From: an uncultured Bacillales bacterium
Lineage (GTDB): Bacteria; Bacillota_I; Bacilli_A; RF39; UBA660
Direction: 5' to 3'
Length of the DNA stretch: 64,000 nucleotides
Assembly (NCBI GenBank): GCA_949948745.1
Contig: CATLHA010000001.1
Coordinates: forward strand, 17,919-81,918
Positions 28,881 through 37,827 of the stretch are shown piece after piece (the stretch's first letter is position 1; each line of letters starts with the position of its first letter). The position numbers and the translations under genes were made by a program. The notes beneath the pieces were generated by a model. That model was not told the DNA's origin and made no database searches. It saw nothing but the letters and a program-made list of their open reading frames with translations.

Positions 28881-29887
28881 TTCTTTTCACGTCCTTTAAT
28901 ATTAAAAATAACTGCTCCTACAATCATTAAGAAATAATATGATATAAATCTCCAAATTAGTAGAGATGCCTTTAGTATACTTCCTTTAATGAAGGAACCA
29001 AAGAACCTCAAATAGCCATATTCAATTCCTCCTGATGCTCCTGGAATTGGGACAAAGGAACCGATAATTAAAATATAGGCTGAAGAGCAAATTGCATCGA
29101 TTGCAGTTACTGGGTTATGCCAACCAAGCAAAGATGCTACGACAAAGAATGGCATTAAATAATTTAATGTTAAATAGATAATATTATAAAAATAGGATTG
29201 GAGACATAATTTTTTGTGTTTCTTTAGGTAGGTTGTCCCCTCATGGAAATCATCTACTTTTTCACTCCATTCTGCTTGTTTTTTTTCTTTATCTTTGACT
29301 ATTTTCATTTTTGATAATATAGCAATTACTTTATCTATTATTAAATGGTTGAACTTACTACTAAAACTAATAATAATTAATCCAATCATGACCAATGTAT
29401 TCATTAAAAAGCCAATTACAATTAAGTTTTTTAATAGGTTTACTTCAGGAAATAGATTCCATTTCCAATTTACTAGTAATGCAAAAATTCCATATGTTAC
29501 AAGTGCTGCTTGATACAATATAAAATTTTGCATAATAATATTCGTTGCCTTAGTTAATCTAAATCCTTCCTTTTTTAATAAATAAATTTGCATCGGTTGT
29601 CCACCTGTTGAAAATGGAGTAATCCCATTAAAAAATTTCGTAATAAACTGCATTTTCAAGGCACTTTTGTAAGAGTAGTTATCTGTATAACTATCTACTA
29701 CTTTTTTATATGCGAGTGCCTCAAACATTAAAGCTACAATTTGGCATAAAAAAGCCAAAATAAGTATAAGAATATTTGCTTTTAGTAATGCTTCTATAAT
29801 CGCACTAAAATCGTCTTTTAAGACAAAACCTACAATTATAATAGTTACTACTAATAATATGATACTGTTCTTCTTTATGCCTTTCAT
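28871..29887 (-). CDS. polytopic membrane protein, UPF0104 / flippase-like (LPG-synthase TM domain family)
   Basis: 338 aa with about 8 hydrophobic helices. Overlaps the GT4 start by 10 nt. The family call is by resemblance and by the common GT4 partnership only. Confidence 0.5.
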   Translation of the reverse strand: MKGIKKNSIILLVVTIIIVGFVLKDDFSAIIEALLKANILILILAFLCQIVALMFEALAYKKVVDSYTDNYSYKSALKMQFITKFFNGITPFSTGGQPMQIYLLKKEGFRLTKATNIIMQNFILYQAALVTYGIFALLVNWKWNLFPEVNLLKNLIVIGFLMNTLVMIGLIIISFSSKFNHLIIDKVIAILSKMKIVKDKEKKQAEWSEKVDDFHEGTTYLKKHKKLCLQSYFYNIIYLTLNYLMPFFVVASLLGWHNPVTAIDAICSSAYILIIGSFVPIPGASGGIEYGYLRFFGSFIKGSILKASLLIWRFISYYFLMIVGAVIFNIKGREKKCE

Positions 29888-29909
29888 AGTCTACTCCCAC
29901 CCTATAGTT

Positions 29910-31091
29910 TTATTTTTCGTTAATTACTTTTAATCCTGGTAATTCTTTTCCTTCTAGATATTCTAGTGTTGCTCCTCCACCTGTTGATGCATGGGATACT
30001 TTATCTTTATATCCTAATTTTGCACTAGCTGCTACAATATCTCCTCCACCTAAGATTGTTTCGATATTATTTTCAGTTAGATATTTTAAAATTTGATTTG
30101 TCCCAATGCTATATTGATCAATTTCATACATTCCTAATGGACCATTCCATATGACTGTTTTTGCTCCTTCCAAAGCTTTGATAAAAGAATTAATTGTATC
30201 TGGACCGATATCCAATCCCATTTCATTAGGTCTAAGTTCGTTTACCTTAATAATCCTACTAGAACTTAATTTATTGGTATCAAGAGAAGCAGTTACATCG
30301 ATTGGTAAAACAATTTTATCTTTATATTTGGCGAGCATTTCTTTACAAAAATCAACGTTTTCACTATCTAGTATAGATCCTCCAATATTATATCCCGCTG
30401 CTTTTAAAAAAGTAAATGCCATTCCTCCACCAATAATTAGTTTATCTGCCTTTTCCCCTAAAGCCTGTATAACACCAATTTTATCAGATACTTTACTTCC
30501 TCCAAGAATTACGACGTATGGTCTTTCTGGATGATCAAGAGCACTTAATGCATTTAATTCCCTTTCTACTAAAAAACCAATCGCATTTGGTAAAAGACTT
30601 GCGATTCCAACATTGGATGCATGGGCTCTGTGAATTGTTCCAAATGCATCATTAATAAAAATATCTCCAAGACTAGCCCAGTAGGATGCAAGCTCTGGAT
30701 CATTTTTGCTTTCCTTTTTACCATCCAAATCTTCAAATCTCGTATTTTCAATTAAAAGAACTTCGCCATTTCTCATATTTTTTACTGTGTCTTTTAATGT
30801 GTCACTTCTTGTGCGATTAATAAATTTGATTGGTCTTTTTAAGTATTCACTTAGACAAATCGCAACTGGTGTTAAAGAATTTTTTTGTAAGTCGCTTTCT
30901 TCTTTTACTCTACCTAAGTGAGATAATAGAATAACCTTTGCTTGCTGGTCTAGTGCATAACGAATCGTATCAAGACTTTCTACAATTCTCGTATCATCTA
31001 CAATTTTTCCATCTTTTAATGGTACATTAAAATCACAACGGATGATTACTCTTTTTCCTGTCAAATCTAAATCCATAATTGTCTTTTTCAT
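29910..31091 (-). CDS. pgk: phosphoglycerate kinase
   Basis: 393 aa, IRCDFNVPLKDG, HRAHASNVG, STGGGATLEYLEGKELPG. Confidence 0.94.
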   Translation of the reverse strand: MKKTIMDLDLTGKRVIIRCDFNVPLKDGKIVDDTRIVESLDTIRYALDQQAKVILLSHLGRVKEESDLQKNSLTPVAICLSEYLKRPIKFINRTRSDTLKDTVKNMRNGEVLLIENTRFEDLDGKKESKNDPELASYWASLGDIFINDAFGTIHRAHASNVGIASLLPNAIGFLVERELNALSALDHPERPYVVILGGSKVSDKIGVIQALGEKADKLIIGGGMAFTFLKAAGYNIGGSILDSENVDFCKEMLAKYKDKIVLPIDVTASLDTNKLSSSRIIKVNELRPNEMGLDIGPDTINSFIKALEGAKTVIWNGPLGMYEIDQYSIGTNQILKYLTENNIETILGGGDIVAASAKLGYKDKVSHASTGGGATLEYLEGKELPGLKVINEK

Positions 31092-31198
31092 ATCTATGCT
31101 CCTTTTTATTCATATTCAGTATACCATAGTTTTATAGGATACGCACTTTTTTCGCTCTTGTTTTACTTACAATTTTGTCACATTTTTACAATTTAGCA

Positions 31199-31227
31199 TT
31201 GACTTGTGTATTAATTACACATATAAT
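31199..31227 (+). promoter_or_regulatory. sigma-A promoter of nrtR with a palindromic operator filling the spacer
   Basis: TTGACT (31199-31204), 17-nt spacer TGTGTATTAATTACACA (16 of 17 positions palindromic), TATAAT (31222-31227). Confidence 0.6.
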
Positions 31228-31244
31228 GAGATTGTGGTGATGAT

Positions 31245-31919
31245 ATGGAAACTAATAATCCAAAATATAAAGGTCAAGGAATTCATGTAATGGCAGCCAT
31301 CTTTACTGTTGATCATGGAATTACAAAAGTTCTTCTAGTAGAAAGACGAAACGAACCATTCTATGGGATGTGGGCTTTGCCTGGAGGTGCTTTATATAAT
31401 GATGAGAGTGTCGAAGATGGAATGAATCGCGAATTATTAGAAAAAACTGGGTTAACTGTTCCAAATTTGAGACTTTGTAATGTGTTTGGTAGAGTTGATC
31501 GTTCTCCTTGTATGCGTATGGTTGGTGTTTCTTATCTAGGAGTAATCGATCGATTTAAAGTTCAATTACTTACATCTACTTTGAAAACTTCAAATGCAGA
31601 TTGGTTTTCTATTGAAGATATCCCACCACTTGCCTATGATCATGAAGAAATACTTAAAGATGCTTTAGAAAAACTTAAGGAGAATATTGTGGAATCGGAT
31701 CTTTTGGAGACTCTATTCCCAAAAGAATTTACTCTTCCTGAAGTACAAAAAGTATATGAATCTATTTTAGGTGTTACTTATGATCGTAGAAATTTCAGAA
31801 AGAAAATGCTTTCTTTAGACTTAATTGAAGATACAAATCAAACAGCGAAATTTGAAGGAAAAAAACCTGCAAAGCTTTATCGTTTTAAGAAAGGTAGAAA
31901 GCAAAAAAGAATCTTGTAA
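31245..31919 (+). CDS. nrtR: NrtR-family Nudix-related transcriptional regulator
   Basis: 224 aa. The N-terminal Nudix fold has the box GGALYNDESVEDGMNRELLEKTGL. The C-terminal winged-helix region has the NrtR-typical FTLPEVQKVYESILG...YDRRNFRKKMLSLDLIE...PAKLYRF. Confidence 0.7.
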   Translation: METNNPKYKGQGIHVMAAIFTVDHGITKVLLVERRNEPFYGMWALPGGALYNDESVEDGMNRELLEKTGLTVPNLRLCNVFGRVDRSPCMRMVGVSYLGVIDRFKVQLLTSTLKTSNADWFSIEDIPPLAYDHEEILKDALEKLKENIVESDLLETLFPKEFTLPEVQKVYESILGVTYDRRNFRKKMLSLDLIEDTNQTAKFEGKKPAKLYRFKKGRKQKRIL

Positions 31920-31929
31920 AGGAGGTATC

Positions 31930-32553
31930 GTGGCAAAATTAATTTATTTCTATAGTGCGATGAAAGGCGGAAAAAGTAGTATTTTAATTCCAATGGCCTA
32001 TAATTTAGAAGAAAACAATAAACGTGTTTTAATTGTGAAACCTGCTTTAGATACTAAGGGTGAAGATTATATTCTTTCAAGAGCAGGAGCGAAAAGGAAA
32101 ATTAATCTTTGGATAGGGAAAGAAGATAGCTTTTTATCTAATCAAAATCTTTCACTCATCTTTGAAACAGATACTATTCTTATTGATGAGGCACAGTTTT
32201 TAACTGAACATCAAGTAGAAGAACTATGGGCAATTTCAAAAAAATTAAATGTTCAAGTTTTAGGCTTTGGACTTAAGACTAATTTTAAAGGAAGACTTTT
32301 TGATGCTAGTAAAAGATTTTTTGAACTAGCAGATGAAGTAAAGGAACTTCCAATTATCCCACTTTGTAAATGTGGAGAACGTGCTATATTTAATGCACGG
32401 TTAGTAGATGGAAAATATGCAATCGATGGGGAAGAATGTGTCATTGAAGGGAGCCAAGAGAAAATAACTTATGAGCCTCTTTGTGGAAAATGCTTTTTAA
32501 AAAATGTAGTTCTGCCTCAGAAAAATATGCAGTATTTAAAAAAACTGAACTAG
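31930..32553 (+). CDS. tdk: thymidine kinase
   Basis: GTG start at 31930 behind AAGGAGG (VAKLIYFYSAMKGGKSS P-loop). LIDEAQFL, plus zinc-ribbon cysteines CKCG...CGKC. The longer ORF-track start would overlap nrtR. Confidence 0.88.
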   Translation: MAKLIYFYSAMKGGKSSILIPMAYNLEENNKRVLIVKPALDTKGEDYILSRAGAKRKINLWIGKEDSFLSNQNLSLIFETDTILIDEAQFLTEHQVEELWAISKKLNVQVLGFGLKTNFKGRLFDASKRFFELADEVKELPIIPLCKCGERAIFNARLVDGKYAIDGEECVIEGSQEKITYEPLCGKCFLKNVVLPQKNMQYLKKLN

Positions 32554-32586
32554 ATGAAGAAATTCATCCATATTTTAATTTCATTT

Positions 32587-32605
32587 AAGTGTATTTTATA
32601 CACTT
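32587..32605. promoter_or_regulatory. 19-bp perfect palindrome AAGTGTATTTTATACACTT, copy 1 (putative NrtR operator)
   Basis: Perfect inverted repeat. It is identical to the copy at 32645-32663, and the shared identity spans 22 nt. The core GTGTAT-N3-ATACAC matches the nrtR promoter palindrome in 11 of 12 positions. Confidence 0.55.
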
Positions 32606-32644
32606 TATGACAATAAAAAATTGTCAATATTTTTAATTAAAAAT

Positions 32645-32663
32645 AAGTGTATTTTATACACTT
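32645..32663. promoter_or_regulatory. 19-bp perfect palindrome AAGTGTATTTTATACACTT, copy 2 (putative NrtR operator)
   Basis: Ends 2 nt before the AGGAGG RBS of the histidine-phosphatase gene. Same sequence as copy 1, 58 bp away. Confidence 0.55.
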
Positions 32664-32674
32664 TAGGAGGAAAG

Positions 32675-33232
32675 ATGATTTATTTTATAAGACATGGATT
32701 AGATGATGAAAGATTTATTGGAGGATGGAGTAATGGTGGCCTTATTTACAAAGGTAGAGAACAAGTAAATGAAGCAATCGAATTTTTAAAGGAAAATCCA
32801 GTTCATTTTAATCAGATATATAGTAGTGATATTGAAAGAGCTAAAGAAACTGCCGAAATGATACAAAAAGAATTTCCAGTTCCAATCTCTTTTGATGAAA
32901 AACTTCGTGAACAAAATAAAGGAGACTTCAATGGTATGTTTGAGATAAAAGCGAAGATAGAAAACCCAGAATTTTTCTCAAATATTAATGAAGATACTAT
33001 TTATCCTAATGGAGAATCTTTAAGAGGTTTCCAGGAAAGAATTCAGCTTCATCTTCCTTATTTTCTTGAAAAAGATAATTCTTTAATTGTAACACATCGT
33101 GGCGTGATTAATGCCCTTTATTATCAATTAGAAAATATTCCAATTAGTATGGATAAAAGTCGATTTGGTGTTACATTTGCTTCCATTCATGAGTATAATC
33201 CAAAAACAAAGAAAATGAAAAAGATTTATTAG
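32675..33232 (+). CDS. histidine phosphatase family protein (phosphoglycerate-mutase-like)
   Basis: Start at the ATG at 32675 (MIYFIRHGLDD) behind AGGAGG. RHG catalytic motif and a downstream VTHRGVI. Confidence 0.75.
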   Translation: MIYFIRHGLDDERFIGGWSNGGLIYKGREQVNEAIEFLKENPVHFNQIYSSDIERAKETAEMIQKEFPVPISFDEKLREQNKGDFNGMFEIKAKIENPEFFSNINEDTIYPNGESLRGFQERIQLHLPYFLEKDNSLIVTHRGVINALYYQLENIPISMDKSRFGVTFASIHEYNPKTKKMKKIY

Positions 33233-33243
33233 GAGGGAAAACC

Positions 33244-33975
33244 ATGTATTACATTAAACAAATAAAAAATGCACTTATTAAATATGAAGTTACCTTTGAT
33301 GAGAAGGAACTTCATGCATTAAAATATAAAATCATTTATGATTGTGGAGAAATAAAACATTTTTCTTATGAAAATACTAGATGCAACCATAATCCCATGA
33401 GTTGGCATATGAAAAATTTTTCTGAGGATTTTGTAAGAGTACAAGAGTATAATGATTTTTACTCATCCCCTGAAAAAGTTTATCATTATTCTTATGACCT
33501 ATATGAGGATACTCCTCTTACTAAGTTAATTGATAGACTGTTAGGAGGTGATACTTCAGTCATTGCACTATTAGAGAATCAACAGCCAATAGAAAATGAA
33601 AATACACCTGAAGCAAATCTTCATGCAAGGGAAGAAGAGCTCCGTGCTAAAATATCAGAATTATTGACAGTTAGTACAACAAATATTAGTACTTGGGAAT
33701 TAGAAAATTTAAAAAATCAACTAGATGAATTTCAAATCAACTATAAACTTAATGAAAATAGAAAATCAGATTCCTCTTATTATCAACAAGTTTTAGAACT
33801 TATTACTATGGAGGAGATTCGTAGAATTGATAGTGAAAAAATTGAAAAAGCAAACACTTTATTAATGGAAGCAGAAAAATTAATTGGTGAAGTTAGGCCA
33901 TTCTTTGAAGATACTGCTAAAGATCAAATTACTGTTACTGGTTATCAAAAAGTAATATCTAAAATATTTAATTAA
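33244..33975 (+). CDS. hypothetical protein
   Basis: 243-aa ORF behind a GGAGGG RBS, packed tightly between the phosphatase and kinase genes. No motif recognised. Confidence 0.55.
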   Translation: MYYIKQIKNALIKYEVTFDEKELHALKYKIIYDCGEIKHFSYENTRCNHNPMSWHMKNFSEDFVRVQEYNDFYSSPEKVYHYSYDLYEDTPLTKLIDRLLGGDTSVIALLENQQPIENENTPEANLHAREEELRAKISELLTVSTTNISTWELENLKNQLDEFQINYKLNENRKSDSSYYQQVLELITMEEIRRIDSEKIEKANTLLMEAEKLIGEVRPFFEDTAKDQITVTGYQKVISKIFN

Positions 33976-33989
33976 AATGGGAGGTTTTT

Positions 33990-35099
33990 ATGATTCGTAA
34001 AATTGTTTTAACTGGAGGTCCTTGTGCTGGAAAGTCCACAGCTTTATCAAAGCTAGAAAGTGAATTTTTAGAAAGAGGTTTTGCTGTATTGGTAGTTCCT
34101 GAAAGTGCTACTGAATTAATTCAAGGTGGTGTAAGACCTTTTGGAAATCAGGCTATCTATGGTGTAGACTTTCAAAAAATTATTCTTGACTATCAATTAA
34201 ATAAGGAAAAATCTTATAATCAGGCTGCTAAGTTTCTAGAAGCAACTGGTAGAGATGTTATTATTCTACACGATCGTGGTGTTATGGACAATAAGGCATA
34301 TTTGGACTTAACGGATTGGAATCATATGTTACACGAAAAATCTCTTTTCGAAACAGATCTAGTAGAACGCTATGATTTGGTTATTCATATGGTTACTGCT
34401 GCCTTAGGAAAAGAGGCAGCCTATACACTCGCAAATAATGGAGCTCGTACAGAAACAAAAGAGGAGGCAATCGAACTTGATGGAAGGACTCTTTCTGTAT
34501 GGTCTTTGCATTCTAATTTAAAAGTTATTGATAATTCTTGTGAGTTTGAAGAAAAGGTAGAAAATGTTCTAAACGAATGTCTAGCTTTAATTGGAGAAAG
34601 AACAAGTATTAGAGAACAAAGAAAATTTGTGGTTGATCCAAATGTTATCAATTTAGACTTATGGAAGGATTGTCGTTCTAAATCCGTTATTGAACAGTTT
34701 TACTTAGATTATCCAAATAATTCATATGAATATAGGATTAGAGACCGTGAGATTGATGGAAACCACTATTATTCCATGACTGTACAAGAAAAATTAGAAG
34801 ATGGACGTTCCATATTAGTTCAAAAAAGAAAACTATCTCAAAAAGAATATCTTCACTTTTTAAAAAATGGACCTATTTCAGGTTCTATTAAGAAAACTAG
34901 ATATACTTGTCTTCAAGGAAAAGAACAAATTCGACTTGATTTGTTTGAAAGTGGATTAACCCTTTTGGAAGTGGAACCTATTAGTAAGAATCATAAAATT
35001 GAAATTCCTAATGGAATCATTGTTTTAGAAGATGTATCTAGAAATAAAAATTATCAAAATAAAAGACTAGCTAAAACGATGGGAAAAATTGCAATTTAA
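33990..35099 (+). CDS. P-loop kinase (AAA_28 / NadR ribosylnicotinamide-kinase-like) fused to a CYTH (triphosphate tunnel metalloenzyme) domain
   Basis: 369 aa. The N-terminal half has LTGGPCAGKST, VVPESATELI and LHDRGVMDNKAYL, an AAA_28-like pattern. The C-terminal half begins EQRKFVV (CYTH ExExK-type start) and continues with YRIRD, KKTRY, LDLFESGL..LEVE and NYQNKRLA. Confidence 0.6.
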   Translation: MIRKIVLTGGPCAGKSTALSKLESEFLERGFAVLVVPESATELIQGGVRPFGNQAIYGVDFQKIILDYQLNKEKSYNQAAKFLEATGRDVIILHDRGVMDNKAYLDLTDWNHMLHEKSLFETDLVERYDLVIHMVTAALGKEAAYTLANNGARTETKEEAIELDGRTLSVWSLHSNLKVIDNSCEFEEKVENVLNECLALIGERTSIREQRKFVVDPNVINLDLWKDCRSKSVIEQFYLDYPNNSYEYRIRDREIDGNHYYSMTVQEKLEDGRSILVQKRKLSQKEYLHFLKNGPISGSIKKTRYTCLQGKEQIRLDLFESGLTLLEVEPISKNHKIEIPNGIIVLEDVSRNKNYQNKRLAKTMGKIAI

Positions 35100-35120
35100 A
35101 AGGAAGATATTTCTTCCTTT
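35099..35120. terminator. bidirectional terminator between the kinase-CYTH gene and gap
   Basis: AAAGGAAGA, loop TATT, TCTTCCTTT, followed by TTCTTTT. Confidence 0.65.
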
Positions 35121-35125
35121 TTCTT

Positions 35126-36133
35126 TTACATAAGTTCCATTAATTTTTTTGCTGTACGAACCATTTGACTTGTATATGAATTTTCATTATCATACCAAGA
35201 AACAACTTGTACTAATGTTTTACCATCACCTAGAGAGATAGCTTTTGTTTGTGTAGCATCAAAAATTGAACCATGGGTATCTCCAATGATATCGCTTGAT
35301 ACAATTGGATCTATCGTATACCCATAAGACTCTGATTCAAATTCTTTCATTTTTTCATTGATTTCTTCTTTAGTGATTTCTCTTTCTACTACAGCATCTA
35401 AAATCGTTAAAGATCCATCTGGTACTGGAACACGTTGTGCCCCACCAATTAATTTTCCAGCAAGTTCTGGGATTACCAAACCGATAGCTTTTGCAGCTCC
35501 AGTAGAGTTTGGAACAATATTAATTGCACCTGCTCTGGCTCTTCTCAAATCTCCCTTACGATGTGGACCATCTAAAATCATTTGATCTCCTGTATAGGCA
35601 TGAACTGTTGTCATAATTCCTGATATAATTGGAGCAAATTTATTTAAGGCATCGGCCATTGGAGCAAGACAGTTTGTTGTACAAGATGCTGCAGAAATGA
35701 TAGAGTCTTCTTTGGTTAGAATATCTTCATTTACTCCATATACAATGGTAGGCAAATCATTTCCTGCTGGTGCTGAAATAATTACTTTTTTTGCTCCTGC
35801 TTTGATATGTGCTTCTGATTTCTCACGCGATGTAAAAAATCCAGTACATTCTAATACAACATCAACATCTAATTCTTTCCAAGGTAATTCTTCAGGATTT
35901 GCTTTAGCATAGACTGGAATTTCTACCCCATTTACTTTAATACCTTTTTCTGTAGCGAATACAGTATCTGCCAATTCATATTTTTTTTGAGCCGAATCAT
36001 ATTTTAATAGATGTGCTAACATTTCTGGGCTTGTAAGGTCATTTATTGCGACAACCTCTACATTCTCACTCCCAAACATTTGACGAAATGCTAAACGTCC
36101 GATTCTTCCAAATCCATTAATTGCGACTTTCAT
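35126..36133 (-). CDS. gap: glyceraldehyde-3-phosphate dehydrogenase
   Basis: 335 aa, [22 protein letters not shown]. Confidence 0.95.
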   Translation of the reverse strand: MKVAINGFGRIGRLAFRQMFGSENVEVVAINDLTSPEMLAHLLKYDSAQKKYELADTVFATEKGIKVNGVEIPVYAKANPEELPWKELDVDVVLECTGFFTSREKSEAHIKAGAKKVIISAPAGNDLPTIVYGVNEDILTKEDSIISAASCTTNCLAPMADALNKFAPIISGIMTTVHAYTGDQMILDGPHRKGDLRRARAGAINIVPNSTGAAKAIGLVIPELAGKLIGGAQRVPVPDGSLTILDAVVEREITKEEINEKMKEFESESYGYTIDPIVSSDIIGDTHGSIFDATQTKAISLGDGKTLVQVVSWYDNENSYTSQMVRTAKKLMELM

Positions 36134-36157
36134 TTTATCATCCTCTCTTCTAGTTTC

Positions 36158-36186
36158 AATATATAGTTTTTGATTTTTCTTGTCAA
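36158..36186 (-). promoter_or_regulatory. sigma-A promoter of gap
   Basis: The minus strand reads TTGACA (36181-36186), 17 nt, TATATT (36158-36163). Confidence 0.55.
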
Positions 36187-36230
36187 TATATTCAAAAAAA
36201 TTGATTGGATGGTTGTCACTTTTTTATATA

Positions 36231-36635
36231 TTATTTTAACTTTTGTAAATATCTTCTATTTTCTTGTTGTAATTGTTTTCTTTTATTTTTATTTTTGCAT
36301 GGCATTTTTTTAACTGATTCCTCTACACATTTACCCGCTTCCATTAGACCAAAGTCCTCTGGGGTTTTCATTGTTTTGCCACTCATCAATTCCAAATCCC
36401 CATTTTCAAATAAGCCGAGTAAATCATCCAAAGATTTCTCTTTCATCTCTTCTTTTAATCTCACATTGATCATTGAATCCAAATATTCTTTGAATTCATA
36501 AAATCGCAAAATCAAGTTGGGACTGTGTATTTCGTTATCTACTTTTACATAAGAAATTCCTTCTACACATAAAAATCTTTCAATTTCTGACATTACATAC
36601 TCTTTTTGTTCTACTAGTATATTTTTTATTTGCAT
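36231..36635 (-). CDS. hypothetical protein
   Basis: 134-aa ORF with a basic C-terminal tail (KNKNKRKQLQQENRRYLQKLK). No motif recognised. Confidence 0.45.
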   Translation of the reverse strand: MQIKNILVEQKEYVMSEIERFLCVEGISYVKVDNEIHSPNLILRFYEFKEYLDSMINVRLKEEMKEKSLDDLLGLFENGDLELMSGKTMKTPEDFGLMEAGKCVEESVKKMPCKNKNKRKQLQQENRRYLQKLK

Positions 36636-36705
36636 ATTTGTCTTTCCCTTCTACTTTCTAAATCTATTCCCCGTTTAAAATGGATGTAGAGATATTAATA
36701 TATAA

Positions 36706-37716
36706 TTAGTTATTATTATTTCTTATTAAAACTTTATTAGAATTGTGTCTGCTTAATAGTTGATTTTTTATCAATTTTATTTTTTGGTACCCTATTTGTA
36801 TTACTGTAGGGTAACATAGAAGTCTATCAATTTTTGAAGGTTCTACTTCTACTTTATAGAATGATTTAATTTTTTCTAATTGTTCTTTAGATTTTCCTGA
36901 TATGTAATGTAATTCACTTTCACTCATATTTGTTAGTTCTTCTAGACTGAAAATGCTCAATATATCTTTAATCTCCGGAGAAAGGAAAGGGTGGAAGGAT
37001 TCCTCCTTAGAAAAAAAGTCATCTTTCATTGTACATATATCCCCAGCTTTTTGATAAAATTCATCCTCCAGTGGAGGAAAGATATATTTACTCTTCATAA
37101 TGGTATCTAAAATTTGATGATATGTATTTTCTGGTAAGCTACCTATAAACTCAGCAGACAATAATTTAATATTTCCAACTAGATTTGCTCCTAAGTTTCC
37201 ATATTTTATCATATCCTCTTCAAACAGATTTTCTAATTTTTGACAAGTCTTTATATCCGCATTAAGATATGCAGAATAGAATATCAAAAATTGATCTGTT
37301 AAAAAAGAATCCTGTGACCATGCAATTGTATCCCTTATATCCTGTATATTATGACAATCTATCTTTCTTTTTTTAAATTTACGATCAAATAGTTGACTTG
37401 CTATATTTAAAATAATTAAATCTGCATGTGATAATTCATCAAATGATGTATCAGTATTTGTCTTTTTTCTGACTTCATCTAAAAAATTATAAATTGCATT
37501 TTGCTTTAAATCTAATCCGTCATTCCTTCTTGTTATTCCAAAAATAACACTGCGTGCTTGAAAATCTGGTCTGGAATAATTCTCAAAATTAAATTCATTA
37601 ATATCAATATGATAGTGTTTTAAAAAGTTATTAAAACAAGCTATTTTTTCATCTTGAGGTAACACATTTTTTTCTTCTTCTTTGCTTTTTTGAGATGAAT
37701 CAATATTTTTTTTCAT
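36706..37716 (-). CDS. hypothetical protein
   Basis: 336-aa ORF. No motif recognised. Confidence 0.5.
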   Translation of the reverse strand: MKKNIDSSQKSKEEEKNVLPQDEKIACFNNFLKHYHIDINEFNFENYSRPDFQARSVIFGITRRNDGLDLKQNAIYNFLDEVRKKTNTDTSFDELSHADLIILNIASQLFDRKFKKRKIDCHNIQDIRDTIAWSQDSFLTDQFLIFYSAYLNADIKTCQKLENLFEEDMIKYGNLGANLVGNIKLLSAEFIGSLPENTYHQILDTIMKSKYIFPPLEDEFYQKAGDICTMKDDFFSKEESFHPFLSPEIKDILSIFSLEELTNMSESELHYISGKSKEQLEKIKSFYKVEVEPSKIDRLLCYPTVIQIGYQKIKLIKNQLLSRHNSNKVLIRNNNN

Positions 37717-37757
37717 AATAAACTCCCTTCTAATGGGTTTTATTATAACATATCAAA

Positions 37758-37791
37758 AACAGATATCCACAATTTTTTGATGATATCTGTT
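37758..37791. terminator. intrinsic terminator after the uridine-kinase-like gene
   Basis: AACAGATATC, 14-nt loop, GATATCTGTT, flanked by A- and T-runs. It is nested inside a second inverted repeat, GATATCCACAA/TTGTGGATATC. Confidence 0.55.
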
Positions 37792-37827
37792 TTTTTATTT
37801 ATTTTTTCCACAACTCTTGTGGATATC

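Noticed and set aside
30569-30751. 60-aa same-strand alternative-frame ORF inside pgk.
   Set aside because: pgk is unambiguous here, and the overlapping frame has no start context.
31825-31929. 35-codon upstream extension of the tdk ORF, overlapping the nrtR 3' end.
   Set aside because: Thymidine kinase homology begins at the GTG at 31930 (VAKLIYFYSAMKGGKSS), right after AAGGAGG. The extension is simply an open alternative frame of nrtR.
37757-37827. Nested inverted repeats (AACAGATATC/GATATCTGTT and GATATCCACAA/TTGTGGATATC), considered as a MITE or terminal inverted repeats.
   Set aside because: This is a single copy with no target-site duplication. It sits exactly where the terminator of the upstream kinase gene is expected and is flanked by A/T runs. 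It is interpreted as a compound intrinsic terminator.
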